DNA of 64,000 bases from Candidatus Eiseniibacteriota bacterium (GTDB taxonomy: Bacteria; Eisenbacteria; RBG-16-71-46; CAVPCR01): positions 1,952,001-2,016,000 of the forward strand of contig CAWGMA010000001.1 of NCBI GenBank assembly GCA_963823555.1. Direction: 5' to 3'. Positions 20,702 through 29,762 of the stretch are shown piece after piece (position 1 is the stretch's first letter; each line of letters starts with the position of its first letter). The notes below the pieces were generated by a model. That model did no database searches. It worked only from the letters and a program-made list of their open reading frames with translations, and was not told where the DNA came from. The translations under genes were made by a program, and so were the position numbers.

Positions 20702-22059
20702 TCCGTCGTGTCGCGTTTCTCCTCATTCTCTTGTTCGCCGCGGCGGCGAGCCTCATGCTCGCTGGCCGCCCGGGCCCAGCGGCCGGGGAGAACGAGATCG
20801 TCGTCCTCGCCACGGCATCGAACCGCGGCGAGGTCGACCCCTGTGGGTGAAAGTCGGCCCGCAAGGGAGGGCTGGCCCGGAGGGCTGCCCTGATCGACTC
20901 GCTCCGCCGCCTCAATCCGAACGTTCTCGTTGTCGATGCCGGCGGCATGATCAACCCGAACAAGGCGAAGAGCCCGCGCTATGACCAGTTCGTGTTCAAG
21001 GCCATGAACCGGATGGGGTACAACGCGGCGACCGTCGGCCAGCTCGAGCTGGATCGCGGGACCGAATACGTCCGGGAGCTCGCACCGCAGCTCGACTGCC
21101 CGGTCGTGGTCTCCAATGCCAAGGCCACGGCCGGTGAGACCCCATGGCGGGAAACAGCGATCGTCACGGTTGGCGGTCGCAAGTTCGGGATCCTCGGCCT
21201 CGTGAGCCAGGACTTCGGTTCCGGCAAGGAGGCGCTCGAGGATGCCGGGTGGACCATCGAGGATCCGATGGCCGCCGTGGCGCGACTGCTACCCGAGCTC
21301 GAGAAGCAGTCCGATGTCACGATTGCCCTCGCTCATCTCCAGGCCGCCGACCTCGATCGCCTGGTGCGCGAGGGAAAGGGCATCGATCTGGTGATCGCCG
21401 GCCTCAACCCGCATCCGATGAATACCCAGCCCGACGATGCGGTGACGGCCATCCTGCGTCCCGGACAACGAGGCGAATACATCGGTGTCGCTCGTATCAC
21501 ACCGGGTGCCGGCGGCGGACCGGTCACGGTCGATGGGCTCGAAGCGGTCATGCTCGAGATGAACAAGTACCCCGACGATCCGGAACTGGCCGCCGAGCTC
21601 GAGGCCTTGAAGAAAGAGGTCGACGCGGAGACCCGCAAGGCGCAGATCGAGCGCGAGCTCAAGGCGCAGGATGGGCTCATCCTCGGTCAGGATCGCTATC
21701 TCGGCAACGAGACCTGTGCCCGTTGCCACTCAGGCGAGATCGACTGGTGGAACTCGGACCCTCATGCCAAGGCCTTTGCCACCCTCGAGAAGGAGGGCAA
21801 GCAGTCCGATTCAGCCTGTCTCCGCTGCCACGTGACCGGGTACGAGCAGCCCGGCGGATTCGGTGGCATCGGCACCACCGCCAACATGAAGAGCGTCCAG
21901 TGCGAGTCCTGCCACGGGATGGGGACTCTGCACGACTGGACGGGGAAGTCGGCGTCGGTGCCGGGGGAGGCGACATGTCGCGCTTGCCATGTCGCGGAAT
22001 GGAGCCCTGATTTCGAGTATGGGGCCTACTTGAAGCGCCTCGGACACGGCACCAAGTAG
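20698..22059 (+). CDS. predicted selenoprotein: UshA-like (CxU) domain fused to tetraheme cytochrome c (c554-like), 453 aa
   Basis: ATG 20698 MIRRVAFLLILLFAAAAS signal peptide; ...GEVDPCG-TGA(20848-20850)-KSARKGGLARRAALID...VVDAGG continues in frame into ORF 20947..22059; CARCH, CLRCH, CESCH, CRACH. Confidence 0.88.
20851..20899 (+). promoter_or_regulatory. candidate bacterial SECIS element
   Basis: hand fold: lower stem AGUCGG/UCGACU; upper stem AGGGC-(U bulge)-GGCCC, loop GGA, GGGCU-GCCCU; G-led loop starts 28 nt after the UGA. Confidence 0.65.
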
Positions 22060-22112
22060 TCGAGCTCGAGGGCTGGGGAGAGCAGCGCCGCGCTGCCCTC
22101 CCCCGCCCTCCC

Positions 22113-23624
22113 CTATCGCCTGGACCGGATCGGCACGATTCCCGCTTGCGACAGACGCAGGAGCTGCACCTCGGCAAGATCGGGGGGGACATTGAGGATG
22201 CCGGACCCGGGGCGGGCTCTGGCGGCGAGGGCCTGGCGAATGTCCGCGCTCGACCCGAGGTCCCCGCTCATGGCCTGGGCCACCAGAGTGGCGGAGACGT
22301 AACCGCGGATCGCGTTCACGTCGGCATCCCGCCTGTACTCGCCTCGAAACCGCTCGGCGAAGGTCTCTCCACCGAGCGCCGGCGCGCCGTAGTAGCTGGC
22401 CGCGAAGACCGCCTCATCGAGATACTCGTCGGCCACGTCGGCCACCTCTTTCATGGCCATTTCCTCGAGCGCGAGAAGACGGGCCCCGACCTCGTAATAC
22501 GTGAGCTGCGGGATCACGCTCATCAGCTCACGCGGAGATCCAGGCATGAAGACCGCATCCGGAAGCAGCTCGCGCAGACGCTCCAGCGGCGCACCGAAGT
22601 TGACGTCGCCGCTCCGGTAGACCTCGCGCCCGACGACCGCGCCACCCTGTTGCCCGACGGTGGCGGCAAAGCGATCGGCGAGGGCCTGGCCCTCCGGAGT
22701 GTCCGGCGTCAGGACCGCCAAGCGCTGATAGCCGAGATCCCGGACGGCGGCGCGGGCCAGCGCCTCCGCCTGGAGCTCGCGCGGGGGTACGGCCTGGAAG
22801 ATGCCGGGACCGATGCTTCCAAGATCGTCCCGGCCTGCGGCGGGGGTGACGAGCGGAATGCCCGCGGCCGCCGCCGCGGCGGCGGCCGATACCGTTGTGG
22901 TCAAGAGGGTAGTGCCGCACATCGCCCCCACACCATGGCGCGCCAGCTCTCCTGCGGCGCGCGCACCGACGATCGGATCCCCCTGCGTATCCCCGATCTC
23001 CAGCATGAGGGGAAAGCGTGCGTCCCGGTTGTGCTCGGCAATGGCAAGGGCCGCTCCTGCGGCGAACGATTCGCCTTGGAAGGCCATCCGGCCGTTGATG
23101 GGCGCCAGCACACCAATCGTGTAGAGCGCCAGTGGGCGAGGCGGGATCGGCATGCCGGCAACCGCGGCAACGGCCGCCGAGTCCGCTCCCAGAGCCCGAG
23201 CGGCAGCGAGAAGATCATGCGTGACGGGCCGGCCTTCCCGGTGGGCGTACTGCCCCAGGGCGAGCAATGCGGGCGCGGTCCCCGAACCACGCGCGGTGGC
23301 CTGGCAACCGAGATAGAGGAGCTCCCCGTCGCTCAATCTGCGGGGTGGGAGCTGGGTCATGAGTTCCGCCGCGCGCGGATCCGGGATGCCCTCACCTCCT
23401 TCTGCCAGGTAGAGCGCCCATTGCGCCGCACGATAGGTGAGACCGGCGTCCAGGAGGGATTGCGCGTAGCGGGCCGTGGCATCCGCCCACGCCCGGTCAT
23501 GACGCGCCGAGAGCGCGACGGCCGGCGGCTCGGAGGCAGCCGTAGGCGCATAGGAGACCAGGATGACACCCCAGATGGCGGCCCCGGCCCAGGCGCCGCA
23601 TCGGCGGAAGACTGCACGTATCAC
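22113..23624 (-). CDS. periplasmic-binding-protein type 1 fold protein (LpoA/LppC- or LivJ-like)
   Basis: IGVLAPING, DTQGDP, RLAVLTPDTPEG, PDAVFMPG; signal peptide. Confidence 0.7.
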   Translation of the reverse strand: MIRAVFRRCGAWAGAAIWGVILVSYAPTAASEPPAVALSARHDRAWADATARYAQSLLDAGLTYRAAQWALYLAEGGEGIPDPRAAELMTQLPPRRLSDGELLYLGCQATARGSGTAPALLALGQYAHREGRPVTHDLLAAARALGADSAAVAAVAGMPIPPRPLALYTIGVLAPINGRMAFQGESFAAGAALAIAEHNRDARFPLMLEIGDTQGDPIVGARAAGELARHGVGAMCGTTLLTTTVSAAAAAAAAGIPLVTPAAGRDDLGSIGPGIFQAVPPRELQAEALARAAVRDLGYQRLAVLTPDTPEGQALADRFAATVGQQGGAVVGREVYRSGDVNFGAPLERLRELLPDAVFMPGSPRELMSVIPQLTYYEVGARLLALEEMAMKEVADVADEYLDEAVFAASYYGAPALGGETFAERFRGEYRRDADVNAIRGYVSATLVAQAMSGDLGSSADIRQALAARARPGSGILNVPPDLAEVQLLRLSQAGIVPIRSRR

Positions 23625-24154
23625 GACGTCATGTCTCCTGGTTCCTCCAGCTCGCGGTGCCCCCGCGCCAGATCGATGTAGTGTGCGGCCGACTCGCGGA
23701 ACCCCTTGAGCACGCTGTCATCGAGATTCCGCACGACCTTGGCCGGAACACCGGCGACGAGCGAATGCGCTGGAATGCGCCGGCCTTCGAGCACGACCGC
23801 CCCGGCGGCAACGATGGACCCGGTGCCGATCACGGCCCCATTCAAGATCACGGCGCCCATTCCAATCAGGCACAGGTCCTCGACCGTACAGCCATGAAGG
23901 ATGACCCGGTGGCCGACCGTCACCTCGTCCCCCACCCGTGTCGGCCATTCACCGTAGTCGACGTGGACGATACACCCGTCCTGGATGTTGGTCCGCCGGC
24001 CGATGCGGATCCAGTTGACGTCCCCCCGCACCGTGGAGTGATACCAGATGCTCGAGTCCTCGCCCAAGGTCACATCGCCAATGATCGCGGCATCCGGGGC
24101 GATGAAGGCCGCGCGCACCACATCTGGGATCTTGTCGCCGTAGGGACGGATCAT
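23621..24154 (-). CDS. gamma carbonic anhydrase family (YrdA-like)
   Basis: hexapeptide repeats; RGDVN, NIQDGCIVH, VTVGH, ILHGC. Confidence 0.93.
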   Translation of the reverse strand: MIRPYGDKIPDVVRAAFIAPDAAIIGDVTLGEDSSIWYHSTVRGDVNWIRIGRRTNIQDGCIVHVDYGEWPTRVGDEVTVGHRVILHGCTVEDLCLIGMGAVILNGAVIGTGSIVAAGAVVLEGRRIPAHSLVAGVPAKVVRNLDDSVLKGFRESAAHYIDLARGHRELEEPGDMTS

Positions 24155-24165
24155 GCGCCGTTCGC

Positions 24166-24669
24166 CTAGAGCTGGAACTTCCCGAAGTCCTCTGGATTGA
24201 GCTTCTCGAGATGGCGCCTCAACTCGTCGGCCTGCTCCTCCTCGGTGAGCGGGCGCACCCCCTCAGCCTCGGGCTTCTCGCCAGCCCCGCCGTCGAACAG
24301 CTTCTCGGACACGAAGATCGGCGACTTGGCCCGCAAAGCGATCGCGATCGAGTCACTCGGCCGGGCGTCAACGGCCAGCATCTCGGAATCGACCTGGATC
24401 AGGATGGTGGCGTAGAAGGTGTTTTCACGGAGCTCGGAGACCACCACCTTGAGCACGCTCCCGCGCATGCCCTTGATGATGGTGACGAGGAGATCGTGCG
24501 TGAGGGGGCGCTGGAACTTCTGCCCGGTCATCTCGAGGGCGATGGCATTGGCCTCGTTCTGTCCGATCCAGATCGGCAGAATCCGCTTGCCATCGACTTC
24601 CTGGAGGATCACCACCGGACTCTTGGTCTTTTCGTCGATGGCAAGTCCGCTGACTTGAACCTCGACCAC
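24166..24669 (-). CDS. bifunctional nuclease family (DUF151)
   Basis: LPIWIG, RPLTHDL, DARPSDSIAIALR; GTG start inferred after GGAGG. Confidence 0.92.
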   Translation of the reverse strand: MVEVQVSGLAIDEKTKSPVVILQEVDGKRILPIWIGQNEANAIALEMTGQKFQRPLTHDLLVTIIKGMRGSVLKVVVSELRENTFYATILIQVDSEMLAVDARPSDSIAIALRAKSPIFVSEKLFDGGAGEKPEAEGVRPLTEEEQADELRRHLEKLNPEDFGKFQL

Positions 24670-24736
24670 CTCAGGACCTCCATGCAATCGCCGGCTCGAC
24701 GATCGCGCTGCACGCACTCAAGCGCTCAGTGGCGCG

Positions 24737-26014
24737 CTAGGGTGTCTGGGATCCAGCCTCGGCCCCCTCTCCTGCTCCTGGCTCCGCGGCCGGCAGTGGG
24801 GGCAACGGAGAGTCCATATTCTTGAGCATCCACCTGGCCGAGTCAACCAGTTCCGAGTCCGGATAGCGCTCGATCACCTGCTGCAACGCAATACGTGCCC
24901 TGTCCTTTTCGCCGAGCTCATCGGCATAGACGAAGCCAATCATGAACTGAGCCTTGGCGGCGAGCTCGCTCTCGCCGTATTCGGCCACGACCTGTTCATA
25001 GATGGCGACACGTTCCCGGGGATCCTCGGTGCGCTGCGCGCGATCGAAGAGCTCCTTGGCTGTATGCTCGGTCAACCCCTCGCCGTAGAGCGCCTCCTTG
25101 TTGACCTCCACCTTGTACGCCGCGCGCATCGAATCGACGAGACTCTGGCCGATCGTCTTGAAGTTCTGCGCCTGCAGGCGGCGCTCCAGAGATGGCCGAA
25201 CAGCCTCCAGGTCGCGGACGCGCTCGGGCTCGCGGGTCTCTACCTGGACAACGTGCCACCCCTTGTCGGTGTGGATGGGCATGGAGATCTCACCCTCCGG
25301 GATCTCGAGCACTTGAGCCGCAAACGCGTCGTTGACTCCCAGCCCACGCACGGGTTGCCCCATCGCCACGATGCCGAGTGCTCCATCCAGGTTCTTGGTC
25401 TGGACATCGATCGAGCGCCGGAGCAGCGACTTGAAGGGGGTGCCGGCCAGCAGCAGACCATGCACATCCATCGCCTCGCTCTGCGTGGCCGTCACGATCT
25501 GGCGCGCGCCGACACGCGCCTGGACCCGGAATTCTTCCGGGTGTTCCTCGTAGTAGCGGGCCACCTCGGCGGAATCGGGCTGGGCGCGGGGAACGAGCAC
25601 CTTGTCGCTGTAGAAGGCGCTCAAGAGCTGGGTCTTCACCTCCTCGAGGTACTGCTGGTACTCGGGATCCTGATCCAGCTTCTCGGCCTCCGCCGCCAGT
25701 CGGAGCAGCTTCTGGTCGATCATCTGATTGAGGAGCACTTCCTTGCGCTCGGGGTCGTCCAGCGTGGTGCGCGCCCCCTCCGGGAGCTGGGCGATTCGCC
25801 GCTCGAGATCGGCCCGCGTGATCTCGTAGGGCCCTACCTGCGCCAGCGCCTCGCCTGCGGGGGAGTCCGTCTTCGCCGGCCCCCGCCCGCAGCTGGTCGC
25901 GAACAAGCCGAGCACGGCGCACACGAACAGATCCCGAAGCTCGAAGCGCAAGCGAACGCGACCTCGACGCATGGTGTCCACTGGCATCCCCACTGACTGC
26001 GACATTCTCGACAT
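24737..26014 (-). CDS. PpiC-type peptidyl-prolyl isomerase lipoprotein with C-terminal TPR
   Basis: ARQIV, GEISMPIHTDKGWHVV; FATSC lipobox; AAKAQFMIGFVY TPR-like segment. Confidence 0.85.
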   Translation of the reverse strand: MSRMSQSVGMPVDTMRRGRVRLRFELRDLFVCAVLGLFATSCGRGPAKTDSPAGEALAQVGPYEITRADLERRIAQLPEGARTTLDDPERKEVLLNQMIDQKLLRLAAEAEKLDQDPEYQQYLEEVKTQLLSAFYSDKVLVPRAQPDSAEVARYYEEHPEEFRVQARVGARQIVTATQSEAMDVHGLLLAGTPFKSLLRRSIDVQTKNLDGALGIVAMGQPVRGLGVNDAFAAQVLEIPEGEISMPIHTDKGWHVVQVETREPERVRDLEAVRPSLERRLQAQNFKTIGQSLVDSMRAAYKVEVNKEALYGEGLTEHTAKELFDRAQRTEDPRERVAIYEQVVAEYGESELAAKAQFMIGFVYADELGEKDRARIALQQVIERYPDSELVDSARWMLKNMDSPLPPLPAAEPGAGEGAEAGSQTP

Positions 26015-26066
26015 CCCTGTTCACTCCCGGTGACGCTGGTAGCTCCGGACGCCGCGGCACGACATC

Positions 26067-26513
26067 CTAGGCCATCTTCTCCACCCAGACCTTGATCTCA
26101 CCGATCACGCCCGCACCGAGCCGGACGCCGACAGTGTAGACGCCGGTCTGCTTGATCGGCTCCTCGAGCTCGATCGCCTTGCGGTCGATGGCATGACCCT
26201 TCTCGGTCAGCGCGAGCGAGATCTCGCTCGATGTCACCGAACCGAAGAGCTTGCCTTCTTCTCCCGCCTGGGCGTGGATATGGACTTCGACGCCGCGCAG
26301 CGTGGCCAGCAGGGCCTCGGCGGTACGGCGATCCTTGAGCTCCCGCCGCTCACGGGTACGAATAGCCTCGCGGAAGATGGCCTCGCCAGCTCCGCTCGCG
26401 TTGACCGCCAGGCCACGAGGAATGAGGAAATTGCGCGCATAGCCATTGGCCACTCGAACGCGATGTCCGCGCTCGCCCAGGCCTTCGACATTCTCGAGCA
26501 GGATGATCTCCAT
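26067..26513 (-). CDS. rplI: 50S ribosomal protein L9
   Basis: MEIILLENVEGLG...GYARNFLIP, GKLFGSVT. Confidence 0.97.
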   Translation of the reverse strand: MEIILLENVEGLGERGHRVRVANGYARNFLIPRGLAVNASGAGEAIFREAIRTRERRELKDRRTAEALLATLRGVEVHIHAQAGEEGKLFGSVTSSEISLALTEKGHAIDRKAIELEEPIKQTGVYTVGVRLGAGVIGEIKVWVEKMA

Positions 26514-26514
26514 G

Positions 26515-27363
26515 TCATGACCCTCCACCACCGGACCCGTTGCCTTCTTCGCGAGGCGCGAGCAACCGGCGAAAGTCGAACCACTGATCGAGCAACCCAA
26601 TCACGATGACGGCCAAGGTGATCGGTGCCATGACCAGGGCAAGAACCGCAAGGATGAGTAGCATGAGCCCGGGCATCGCCCGCAGCGTCAGCAGTTTCCA
26701 GCCCACAGCCAGTCCTTGCACGAAAAACGCCGCCCCATGCACCATGGCCAGATTCGCCCCTGCCAGGAGGAGCCCGTCGAGCCTCAGACCGCGGCCAACG
26801 GCGCACATGAGGAGTGCGACCGCAAAACTCCATACGACCCAGAACGGCAGCACCAGGCTTCCCATCGGCCCGAGACGTTGGACCTCGAAACCGAATCGGG
26901 GTAGCCACCGCATCGCCACCGCGTAGGCCACGAGGACGAGGAGAAACGAGACCAAGGCGGCACTCGCCGGCACCAGTCCGAGCAGCCAATGCGCCATATC
27001 CGCCCGGAGTTCCGGCGTGAGGGCGGCACCGGCTTCGCGCTCGACCCACGTGGCGAGTTCCGCTTCCAGCACCGGTCGTTCGATCGTGAGCGCACTCGCC
27101 GCGAAGACCGCAGCCAGCGGCAGCGCTGCGAACAGGAGAGCCCACCCGGTGGGAAGGCGTCCGCGCGCCCCGAAGGCGAGCGCCACCCCGGCCGCGGCCA
27201 CGGCGCCCGCGGCCGCGGCCGCATCCCAATCCGCGCCCCCGGTCACGGCAAGCACCGCCACCACCAACAGACCGATCACAAGACCGGCTGAAAGCGAACG
27301 CAAGGTCGCCGCCATGACCAGCACGACGACCAGAACGATCGCCGGGATGAGCACTACGCCCAT
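26515..27363 (-). CDS. DUF2232/YybS family membrane protein
   Basis: polytopic; FFVQGLAV and GLLDQWFDFR; usual position between rpsR and rplI. Confidence 0.8.
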   Translation of the reverse strand: MGVVLIPAIVLVVVLVMAATLRSLSAGLVIGLLVVAVLAVTGGADWDAAAAAGAVAAAGVALAFGARGRLPTGWALLFAALPLAAVFAASALTIERPVLEAELATWVEREAGAALTPELRADMAHWLLGLVPASAALVSFLLVLVAYAVAMRWLPRFGFEVQRLGPMGSLVLPFWVVWSFAVALLMCAVGRGLRLDGLLLAGANLAMVHGAAFFVQGLAVGWKLLTLRAMPGLMLLILAVLALVMAPITLAVIVIGLLDQWFDFRRLLAPREEGNGSGGGGS

Positions 27364-27447
27364 GCCCTCTCCACCGCTTGAGTCCGGCCCGGCGTCAGCT
27401 GCTTGGCTCGCACGCCATGGCCCGACCCCGCCTCAAGACACCTCGCC

Positions 27448-27693
27448 CTAGCGAACTTGGTCGGCGGTGAAGGGCAAGAGCGCGAGAACTCGCGCCCGCT
27501 TCACCGCCAACGTGATCTGCTTCTGATGTCGAGCGCAGGTCCCAGAAATGCGGCGCGGCACGATCTTTCCGCGATCCGTGATGAACCGCCCCAACCGGCG
27601 ATCATCCTTGTAATCGATGCGATCGACCTTCTCAACGCAGAGCTTGCAGACCTTCTTCTTGATCTGCTTGGGTTCTTTGCTCCTTATCGCCAT
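27448..27693 (-). CDS. rpsR: 30S ribosomal protein S18
   Basis: CKLC...IDYKD...[16 protein letters not shown] (Zn-binding type). Confidence 0.97.
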   Translation of the reverse strand: MAIRSKEPKQIKKKVCKLCVEKVDRIDYKDDRRLGRFITDRGKIVPRRISGTCARHQKQITLAVKRARVLALLPFTADQVR

Positions 27694-27730
27694 TTTCCTA
27701 CCTTCTCTAGTTGATGCTTGGACGCCGGGA

Positions 27731-28369
27731 CTAGGATTCGCTGCTCGTCTTCTCTTCGCCCGGTGCCGACGCCGCGCTCGCCGAATCCGGAGCCGCCTCG
27801 CTGGCAGGAGCCGCCTCCTTGCCGGAAGGGGCCATCTCGCCGGCCGGATGCGGGACCACCTCGGGGGCCGGGGCCGCGGACTTCTCGACGGCAGGGCGCA
27901 CCTCCGTGGCCGGGGCCGCGGACTTCTCGACGGCAGGGCGCACCTCCGTGCTACGCGGGCCTTCGGCGGCACCGCGATCGCCGAAGCGATCCCGACCGTG
28001 GCCTCGGCCCTCGCGCCGGTCGCCATAGCTATCGCCACGGCGGTCGTGATGACTGAATCCCTCGCTCGAAGGCGGGGCGGACGGGCCCATGCTGTGCACG
28101 GTCTGATAGCGAAGCAGGGATTCGCTCAGGCTGAATCGCCGCTTGAGCTCGGCCAGCACTTCGCGCTCCGACTTGAAGCGGATGAGCGAGTAGTTGCCCT
28201 CGCGCTTCTTGCGCACCTCGTATGCCATGCGTCGCCGGCCCCAGCGCTGGACCTCGATCACCTCGCCGCCACCTTGATTGATGACGCTGCTCACCGCCTC
28301 GATCTCTTGCTCCACCCGCGCGTCATCGAGCGCCGGGTCGAGCACGATCACGGTCTCGTACTCCCTCAC
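27731..28369 (-). CDS. rpsF: 30S ribosomal protein S6 with long C-terminal extension
   Basis: [12 protein letters not shown]...[10 protein letters not shown]; roughly 115-aa low-complexity tail. Confidence 0.95.
   Translation of the reverse strand: MREYETVIVLDPALDDARVEQEIEAVSSVINQGGGEVIEVQRWGRRRMAYEVRKKREGNYSLIRFKSEREVLAELKRRFSLSESLLRYQTVHSMGPSAPPSSEGFSHHDRRGDSYGDRREGRGHGRDRFGDRGAAEGPRSTEVRPAVEKSAAPATEVRPAVEKSAAPAPEVVPHPAGEMAPSGKEAAPASEAAPDSASAASAPGEEKTSSES
27866..27949. repeat. 2 x 42-bp tandem duplication in rpsF tail ([14 protein letters not shown])
   Basis: direct repeat starting at 27866 and 27908. Confidence 0.85.
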
Positions 28370-29025
28370 TGCTTACCTCCTCTCAAGTCCTCAGCTCCAC
28401 CACCCTCGCGGGTGGCGTCACTCGATCGGCTGGCACCGGTCAACGGAATCTCGTCGTCGGCCTCCGGTGCATTGAAACGGTTCATCGCCACGTCGATCCC
28501 CTGGCTGAGCACGGTATCGATGACCCTCATGGCCTGGTCGATGGCGGGGCCGACCTGTTCCTCCTCCCCGCTGGTGAAATCCTCGAGCACCCAGTCCTTC
28601 ATGTCGCGGCCCTCCGGTGGACCGCCCACGCCAAAGCGGAGCCGCGCGAAGGCAGTGTGGCCGAGAGCATCGATGATGGATCGGAGCCCGTTGTGTCCCC
28701 CATCTCCACCCTGCTTGCGCAGGCGCAGGCGCGCGAGCGGCAGGTAGACGTCGTCGACGACCACGAGCAGCTCATCCGGCTGGACCCGCTCCCGCCGCAT
28801 GAGATCGACCACGACGTCGCCCGAGCAATTCATGAACTCGACCGGGCGGGCGAGGAGCAGAGGCCGGCCGCGACGCCGACCGCGTGCCACCTCGGCTCCG
28901 GCCGTCGTCACGAAACGCTCGAGCCCCGCCAGCTCGCGGTACGCCGCCGCCACGCGGAATCCGATGTTGTGGCGGTTCCTGGCATAGGACGCCCCGGGAT
29001 TGCCCAGGCCCACGACGACCAGCAC
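28366..29025 (-). CDS. pth: peptidyl-tRNA hydrolase
   Basis: VGLGNPG, RHNIG, FMNCSG, GGHNGLRS. Confidence 0.96.
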   Translation of the reverse strand: MLVVVGLGNPGASYARNRHNIGFRVAAAYRELAGLERFVTTAGAEVARGRRRGRPLLLARPVEFMNCSGDVVVDLMRRERVQPDELLVVVDDVYLPLARLRLRKQGGDGGHNGLRSIIDALGHTAFARLRFGVGGPPEGRDMKDWVLEDFTSGEEEQVGPAIDQAMRVIDTVLSQGIDVAMNRFNAPEADDEIPLTGASRSSDATREGGGAEDLRGGKQ

Positions 29026-29028
29026 TGG

Positions 29029-29703
29029 TTAGTCCTTGCCCTCGGTGCCCTTGCCCTCATCCTTGGCCTCGGTGCCCTCGGCAGGAGCGCCCTCGGCCAG
29101 GGCAGCCGCCTCGGCTGCCACTTCGGCCTCGGTCTTCATGACCCGCGGCGCGCTCACCGTGACCACGACCATCTCCGGCTCGCTCAGCAGATCGAATCGC
29201 TCCATATCAAGGGGCAGATCCCGGACATGAATCGCGTCCCCGATACTGAGGCTCGAGATGTCGACCGTGATGTGATCGGGGATGTCGCCAGGCAGGCACT
29301 TGATCTCGAGGTGCCGCAGCGGATACTCGAGAACACCGCCCTCCTTGACTCCGGGAGCTGTGCCCTGGATGTGCATTGGCACCTGGACGTGGACCTTCTC
29401 CTTGAGCGAGACGCGCTGCAGATCGATGTGGATCACACGCCCTGTGATCGGCTGCCGCTGGAGCTCGCGGATCACCGTCAGCCGGCTTTCGCTCTCGTCG
29501 CCGGCGACCTTCAGGTCGATGATCACGGTCCCGGTGCGGTGGCGGAGGAGGGCACTGAGCTCCGAAGCCGGAATCGCCACGGTCTCCGGGGTGAACCCGT
29601 GCCCGTAGATGATGCCGGGAACCTGGCCCGTCGCTCGCAGGCGACGGGAAGGCCCCTTGCGGCCCACCTCTCTCCGCGACGCATTGAGTGTGATGGTCGC
29701 CAT
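29029..29703 (-). CDS. rplY: 50S ribosomal protein L25/Ctc
   Basis: RRLRATGQVPGIIYG, HIDL, GVKEGG. Confidence 0.95.
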   Translation of the reverse strand: MATITLNASRREVGRKGPSRRLRATGQVPGIIYGHGFTPETVAIPASELSALLRHRTGTVIIDLKVAGDESESRLTVIRELQRQPITGRVIHIDLQRVSLKEKVHVQVPMHIQGTAPGVKEGGVLEYPLRHLEIKCLPGDIPDHITVDISSLSIGDAIHVRDLPLDMERFDLLSEPEMVVVTVSAPRVMKTEAEVAAEAAALAEGAPAEGTEAKDEGKGTEGKD

Positions 29704-29762
29704 GGTCGTTTACCTCTCCTTGCTGGTCTCGAAACAGCTTTCGTCTGGGAGCAAACCGGGTC

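Noticed and set aside
20947..22059. ORF-track 370-aa protein starting at MINPNK as the full gene
   Set aside because: It starts mid-domain without a signal peptide; the upstream in-frame segment across the TGA supplies the signal peptide and the conserved N-terminus
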